A stretch of 64,000 bases of DNA, taken from NCBI RefSeq assembly GCF_009914755.1, contig NC_060926.1, one strand, 5' to 3'. The notes beneath the pieces are model-generated. The model was not told the DNA's origin. It was given only the letters and a program-made list of their open reading frames with translations, and made no database searches. The position numbers and the translations under genes are program-made. Shown in pieces: positions 58,630-64,000 of this stretch (position 1 is the stretch's first letter; each line of letters begins with the position of its first letter). Origin of the DNA: the human T2T-CHM13v2.0 reference genome, Homo sapiens.

Positions 58630-59496
58630 GTGAGTAGTTTCTCCTTAACTCAGGTCAATGGTGCAGATGATCTCACTGCTCTCCAAAGTTGGCTTGGGTC
58701 TTGGGTCTCATGGGCTGCATGTCTGGGCATTCTTCCCCTAACCACCCGTACAGGTTTGTTGACAACTAATTGGAAAAGATACGTCTGCAGATAGAAAAAA
58801 GAAAGTAAAATTATTCAGCATGCTGTTGTCCAGGCATAATGACTGTTACACTTCAATATACATCTTTCCAGACTTTTCTCTATGCCCATATGTCTAAAGA
58901 GAGAGAGGTGTCAGATTTTTACTAAGCGAGATCCACTTCTAGATTCTATGTTCAAAATAACCTGTAATTCCCATTTATCATTATATAGCAAATGTTTTTA
59001 TGTAATGCTAAGCACACACATGCATTATCATCTTTAATATCACTATAATGGACTGTTAAATAAATGGTTTATAAGTTATGTAATCAATTTCTTATTGTTG
59101 GGCATTTAGTTTTTTTTCCTTCCCCCCCCTGCCATTACAAACAGATGGGTGCTATTGCTTCCTTTGTGAGTGGCAGAGGATAAGGCACCATCTTTCAGCT
59201 TCCAGGTGTGTTCTGGGGGTGGAGCTCTAGGGGTTAATGATGCTTTTCACAGAAGCTGAGAAACACCAATTACTTTTAATTTTCTCAGCAGCGTTTCACG
59301 CATCCAGTAAAGATCCTGAGCCATAGTCATGTTAAATCTGTGACAAAGCCAGCAATCAGGGTACACACAACCAGCTGTTTTCCCACCTCCCCATGGGTTT
59401 CCCTTGAATGCTTTACTCCTTTTTGTTGCCAGCAGATAAATGTAGTGGATGCCAAAAGCTTAAGAAAATTATATGGGAAAAAACCTTAAAAATGAT

Positions 59497-59955
59497 TGGT
59501 ATGACAAACCCCCATGACACAAGTTTACCTATGTAACAAACTTGTACTTGTACCCCTGAACTTAAAATAAAAGTTAAAAAAAAATGGAGGGATAAGGAAG
59601 TAGAGGATAGAATAGTGGTTACCAGGGGCTGGGAAAGGTAGGGAGGAGGAGGGGATGGGGAGAGGTTGGTCAATGGATACTGTTACAGTTGTATGGAAGA
59701 AATAAGTTCTGGTGTGATATTGTACAGCGTGATAATAGTTAACAATAATGTGTTGTATATTTCAAAATAGTTACAAGTTTTGAATGTCCTCATTCCAAAA
59801 AATTGATAAATGCTTCAGATGATGAATATGCCAATTACCCTGATTTTATTATTATACAATATATAATGTATCAAAACATCACACTGTATTCCATCAATAT
59901 GTACAATTATTATATGTCAATTAACAAAATAAAGCAAAAAGAAAAAGAAAAAAAC
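59497..59955 (+). mobile_element. Two L1 3'-end fragments (L1PA-type tail, then L1MA-type tail)
   Basis: caagtttacctatgtaacaaac...aaataaaagtt(A)n; then atagtggttaccagggg...tatgtcaatt. Confidence 0.8.
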
Positions 59956-60084
59956 TTAAAATGGACCAAATTCTGCTTAACATTTTCCTCCTGTGAATTG
60001 ATAGGAAATAAAATGGAAACAATAAAAGCATCTTCACAGTTATCCTGGTGGGTGCTAAAGTCCCCCAGGCCCCCTCAGGACCAC

Positions 60085-61900
60085 CAGCATTCATATGGAA
60101 ATGCAGGAAACTTAGAATAGCCAAAACAATCTTGATAAAGAAGAACAAAGTAGGAGGACTCATACCTGTGATTTGAAAACTTACTACAAAGTAATCAAGA
60201 CAGTGTGGTATTTGAATAAGGATAGATATATGTACAATGGAATAGAATGAAGAATCTAGAAATAAATCCTTACAGTTACAATCAATTAATATTCCACTGC
60301 AGAGCCAAGACAATTCAATGGGGAAAGAATAGTCTTTTTGACAAATGGTGCTGGGACAAACTAGATAGCCACATGCAAAAGCATGAAGTTGGACCTTTAC
60401 TGCCTACCATATACAAAAATCAACTCAAAATGGATCACAGACCTAAATGTAAGAGCTAAAACTACACAAATCTTAGAAGAAAACACAGGTGTGAATTTTT
60501 GTGACCTGGGTTTAAGCAGTCTATTAGACGTGGCACCAAAAGCACAACTAACCAAAGAAAAAATAGATAAATTGGACTTCATCGAAGTTATAAAAAACTT
60601 TTTGCATCAAAGAACACTATGAATAAAGTGAAAACCTACAGAGTGGGAGAAAATATTTGTAAGTCATATATATTAATATAAGGGTATAGTATCCACAATA
60701 TAGAAATAACTATTACAGCTCAAGAATAAAAAGACAACCCAATTTTAAAATGAGCAAAAATCTGAATAGACATTTCACTAAAGATTTACAAATGACTGCT
60801 AAGCATATGAAAAGATGCTCAATGTCGTTGCCATTAGGAAGATACGAATCAAAACCACTGTGAATACCACTCTGCACCTACTAGGATGTCTTTTTTTTTT
60901 TTTTTTTTTGAGATGGAGTCTTGCTGTGTCGCCCAGGCTGAAGTGCAGTGGTGTAATCTTGGCTCTCTGCAACCTCTGCCTCCTGGGTTCAAGTGATTCT
61001 TTTGCCTCAACCTCCTGAGTACCTGGGATTACAGGCATGCGCCACCATGCCTGGCTCATTTTTGTGTTTTTAGTAGAGATGGGGTTTTGCCATGTTGACC
61101 AGGCTGGTCTTGAAATCCTGACTTCGGATGATCCTCCCACCTCAGCCTCCCGAAGTGCTAGGATTACAGGCATAAGTCACCATGCCCAACTGATGTCCCT
61201 TATTAAAGGGGCAGACGATAACAAGTGTTGGGGAGGATGTAGAGAAATTAGGACTGTTTGTTATACATTGCTGGTGGGGCTGCAAAATGGTGGCACCAAC
61301 TAGGAAATCAGTTTGGCCGTTCCTCAAAAGTGTAAAGTTATCATCTTATGACCCAGCAATTCTACTCCTAGGTATGTGTGAAAACGTTGTCTACAAGAGA
61401 AATGCAAACCTATATCCACACAATAAATTATACACAAATGTCCATAGCATAATTATTCACAATAGCAAAAAGGGGAAGATAATCCAAATATCCATCGACT
61501 GAGGAAACAGGAAATAAAATGTGGTATATCCATACAATGGAATACTATTCAACCATGAAAAGAAATGGAGTACTAACACGTGCTACAACACAGGTGAACC
61601 CTGAAAACATTATGCAAGTGAAAGAAGCCAGACATAAAGACCAAATGTGATATGATTCCATCTATGTGAATTTTTTCCCAGAACAGGCACCATAGAGAGA
61701 GAAAGTAGGTGAATGGTTGCCAGGGACTGGAGGGAGGGGAGTATGGGGAGGGACTGCTAGTGGGGTGGGGTTTCTTTTTGGGGTGGTGAAATGATTTGGA
61801 ATAGGATCATGGTGATGGTTGTACAATTTCGTGACTATACTCAAATCCATCAAATTGTACATGAATTTTATGGCATGTGAATTACATCTCAGTTTTTAAA
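60085..61900 (+). mobile_element. L1MB-like 3' part with an Alu insertion
   Basis: PYTKINSKWITDLNVRAKT peptide and L1 3' UTR. Confidence 0.88.
60891..61190 (-). mobile_element. AluS
   Basis: Antisense dimer with poly-T. Confidence 0.93.
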
Positions 61901-62167
61901 AAGTGGGTCAGTGTGCGGTCTGCACAGTCAGGCTCCGGTGCTGGTTTAATGTCTCAGGAAACCACTACCTCCCATGAGTCAAGCCTTTCTCAGCATCTCT
62001 TGGAGAGGGACTCCCCCTGCCCTTATCGGCGCTCTGTCTCAAGGGGGAAGTTCCACGATGGGGAAATCCGAGTGCTTCCCTGTGTATGCACATGGGAGCC
62101 ACCTGACTTCGTTTCTGGTGGTGCTATGTCCTGCTTTTTTGTGAAACCCCACCTCTCTTTTCCACAG

Positions 62168-62300
62168 GTTTGGTTCCGTGGCTCCAGATGGACAGTACCA
62201 TTCGCCTATTAGGAACAAGAGTGCAAGATTCAATGCCATGCTGGCAGCACTGACCCCTTCGAGATTAGCTGTGGCTTTCCAAGCTATGGGTGCCATGAAG
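62168..62300 (+). CDS. ACOXL: ACOXL coding exon 8 ([45 protein letters not shown]); gene continues beyond the window
   Basis: Acceptor ctttttccacag|G; donor AAG|gtaatt; 133 nt; phase 2-0; cumulative CDS 753 nt without a stop. Confidence 0.95.
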
Positions 62301-64000
62301 GTAATTGACTCTGATTTTAACTTAATTATCTACTGTGAATTCTCTCACGACTCAGGGATGAGTAACAATTCCAGGAGCTGAGCTTCTGGAGCCACAGTTG
62401 GTATAATATGGCCAGGGTTCCCGGTTAGATGCTGGGGAGTGCCAGGTGGCCATCCACAGGGAACTTTTCTCCACCCTTCTTAAGAGGGGCTCCCACCCAT
62501 CTACATCCCAGATGTGTGCTGCTAATCGTGGGGGTGGAGCACAGGCATTGTGGTAAGAGAGCCAGGAGAGATGACCAGGGAGAACGGGATGTTCAGAGCA
62601 AACACATCTGCTGGAGAAGCAGCTAAGGGTTGGCCCATGTGGGCAAAGGTCGGCATGTCTTGGCTGAATTCACCTGGGAGTGTTGATCCTCATGTGTCTG
62701 TATAGGGTGTAACGTTCTCCATCACAGTCTGGAGGCCATGAGACCAGACCTCCAGGAGCCATCTCTGCCTCCCTGCCCTGCCTCTCCCGTGTATTGGTTG
62801 GACAGAGGAGCCTGGAGAGCAAAGCTCTGGAAGGGCCTCCTTCTCCCCAGGGCCCCAGTCTACTTTGTTCTCTGGGCCTTCTCTGTCTCTTTGCCTGAAG
62901 GAAAAGCCTGCTTTAAACTCCACTGAGCTTGGTGAAGCTAGAAGAAAAATTAAGTCTCCCCAGGAATATACATCTGGGGCTTGAGTCCAGCTTTTCCATG
63001 AAGAAGGAATAAATTTCATTCCCTTGACTCCAGGCCTGACATCAGTCCGGAGTCGTCTGAATAGCAGGAAAGCCCTGCTTTACTTGCTTCGGGGTCGGCC
63101 ACGCTTCACAGATGGCCTGTCCTGACCCGGGCTTCCCCTTATGATGCTTCCTGTGAGGGGGCACAGCTGTGGCCATCAACACGCGTACGCGGCCTGGCCT
63201 CGTGCCCGCCCGTGCACCCCAGTTCCTGTGCTTGTTTTGTGGTGGTTCTTTCAGTGGGGCCGGGTGGGTGTTCAGGTCTGAAGTCCCAGGTCAGGAGGGG
63301 CTCAGGTCCCTTGGCTGAACTGTCTGATATTGAATGAGGCCCCAGAAAGCCTTGTGGTGAAGGCACCAGCACAGACAGCATCAGAGTGCCGAGGAAAACT
63401 GGTTCCTCAGGTCTGCAACAGAAGCCATTTCAGCCATCCTCAGGACTCCAGAGAGAGGCAAAAATAGAAAAGCCAGACGAGCCTAGGATTGCATGAAAGG
63501 GAAGATTGGTTAAACATCGGATGCAGGGTTAGCTGAAGCTGTGATAGCAGTCTCTGCACAATATCCCCTCTAATTGCAGTAGCCTGCAGACCATCCTGAC
63601 TCAGGGGCCCTCTGAGGAGAGTGCTGGGCGCATATAAAAAACGCAAGGTGGTCAGCGGCCAGGCAGGCTCCTGGGAAACCTTGCACTCTTGCTGGTTTTG
63701 ATGGGGTGATGATGTGTGAAGGACGTCCATGCCGCCAGCAGCCCTGCAGGCTCATTGGGGTCCACAGTGGGGTTGTGTGGGGCAAGGTGTGGGGTGGTGC
63801 AGACCAGACCAGGCAGAGGTGGGAGCCTTCCAGGAGGGCCTTGGTTTTAAATATCACCAGATCTGGAGCGGGGTGGGGGTGGTGTCCCAGGGAGAGGAGC
63901 CACAGTGGGTGATTCCTAAAAGGTTCCTGTTCTCCGTTCTACTGGATGTTATCATGGACCAGCCCCTGCCAGGCCCAGGAGGGTCTTGGGGGCCACATTC

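Overview
Primate, very probably human, genomic DNA. The window lies inside the acyl-CoA oxidase-like gene ACOXL (+ strand). I assembled eight GT-AG coding exons by hand: 25293-25367, 41635-41718, 50555-50641, 50981-51079, 55515-55629, 55919-56005, 58557-58629 and 62168-62300. They join in frame (753 nt, 251 aa, [10 protein letters not shown]...QAMGAMK) and carry acyl-CoA oxidase motifs. The first non-coding exon/promoter was not found and the C-terminal exons lie beyond the window. The rest is intronic and dense with Alu, L1, L2, MIR, MaLR/ERV LTRs and one hAT transposon. Almost all ORFs in the supplied track are repeat-derived or chance. I see no evidence for a new multi-gene system. The best leads are gene-architecture features: an in-frame N-terminal relic and uORFs at the ACOXL start, a sense LTR12-family LTR with a CCAAT array inside the gene, an Alu-orientation switch around symmetric exons, complementary CA/UG repeats around the start exon, and three perfect short palindromes. 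Repeat subfamily names and most repeat boundaries are from recognition by eye and are approximate.
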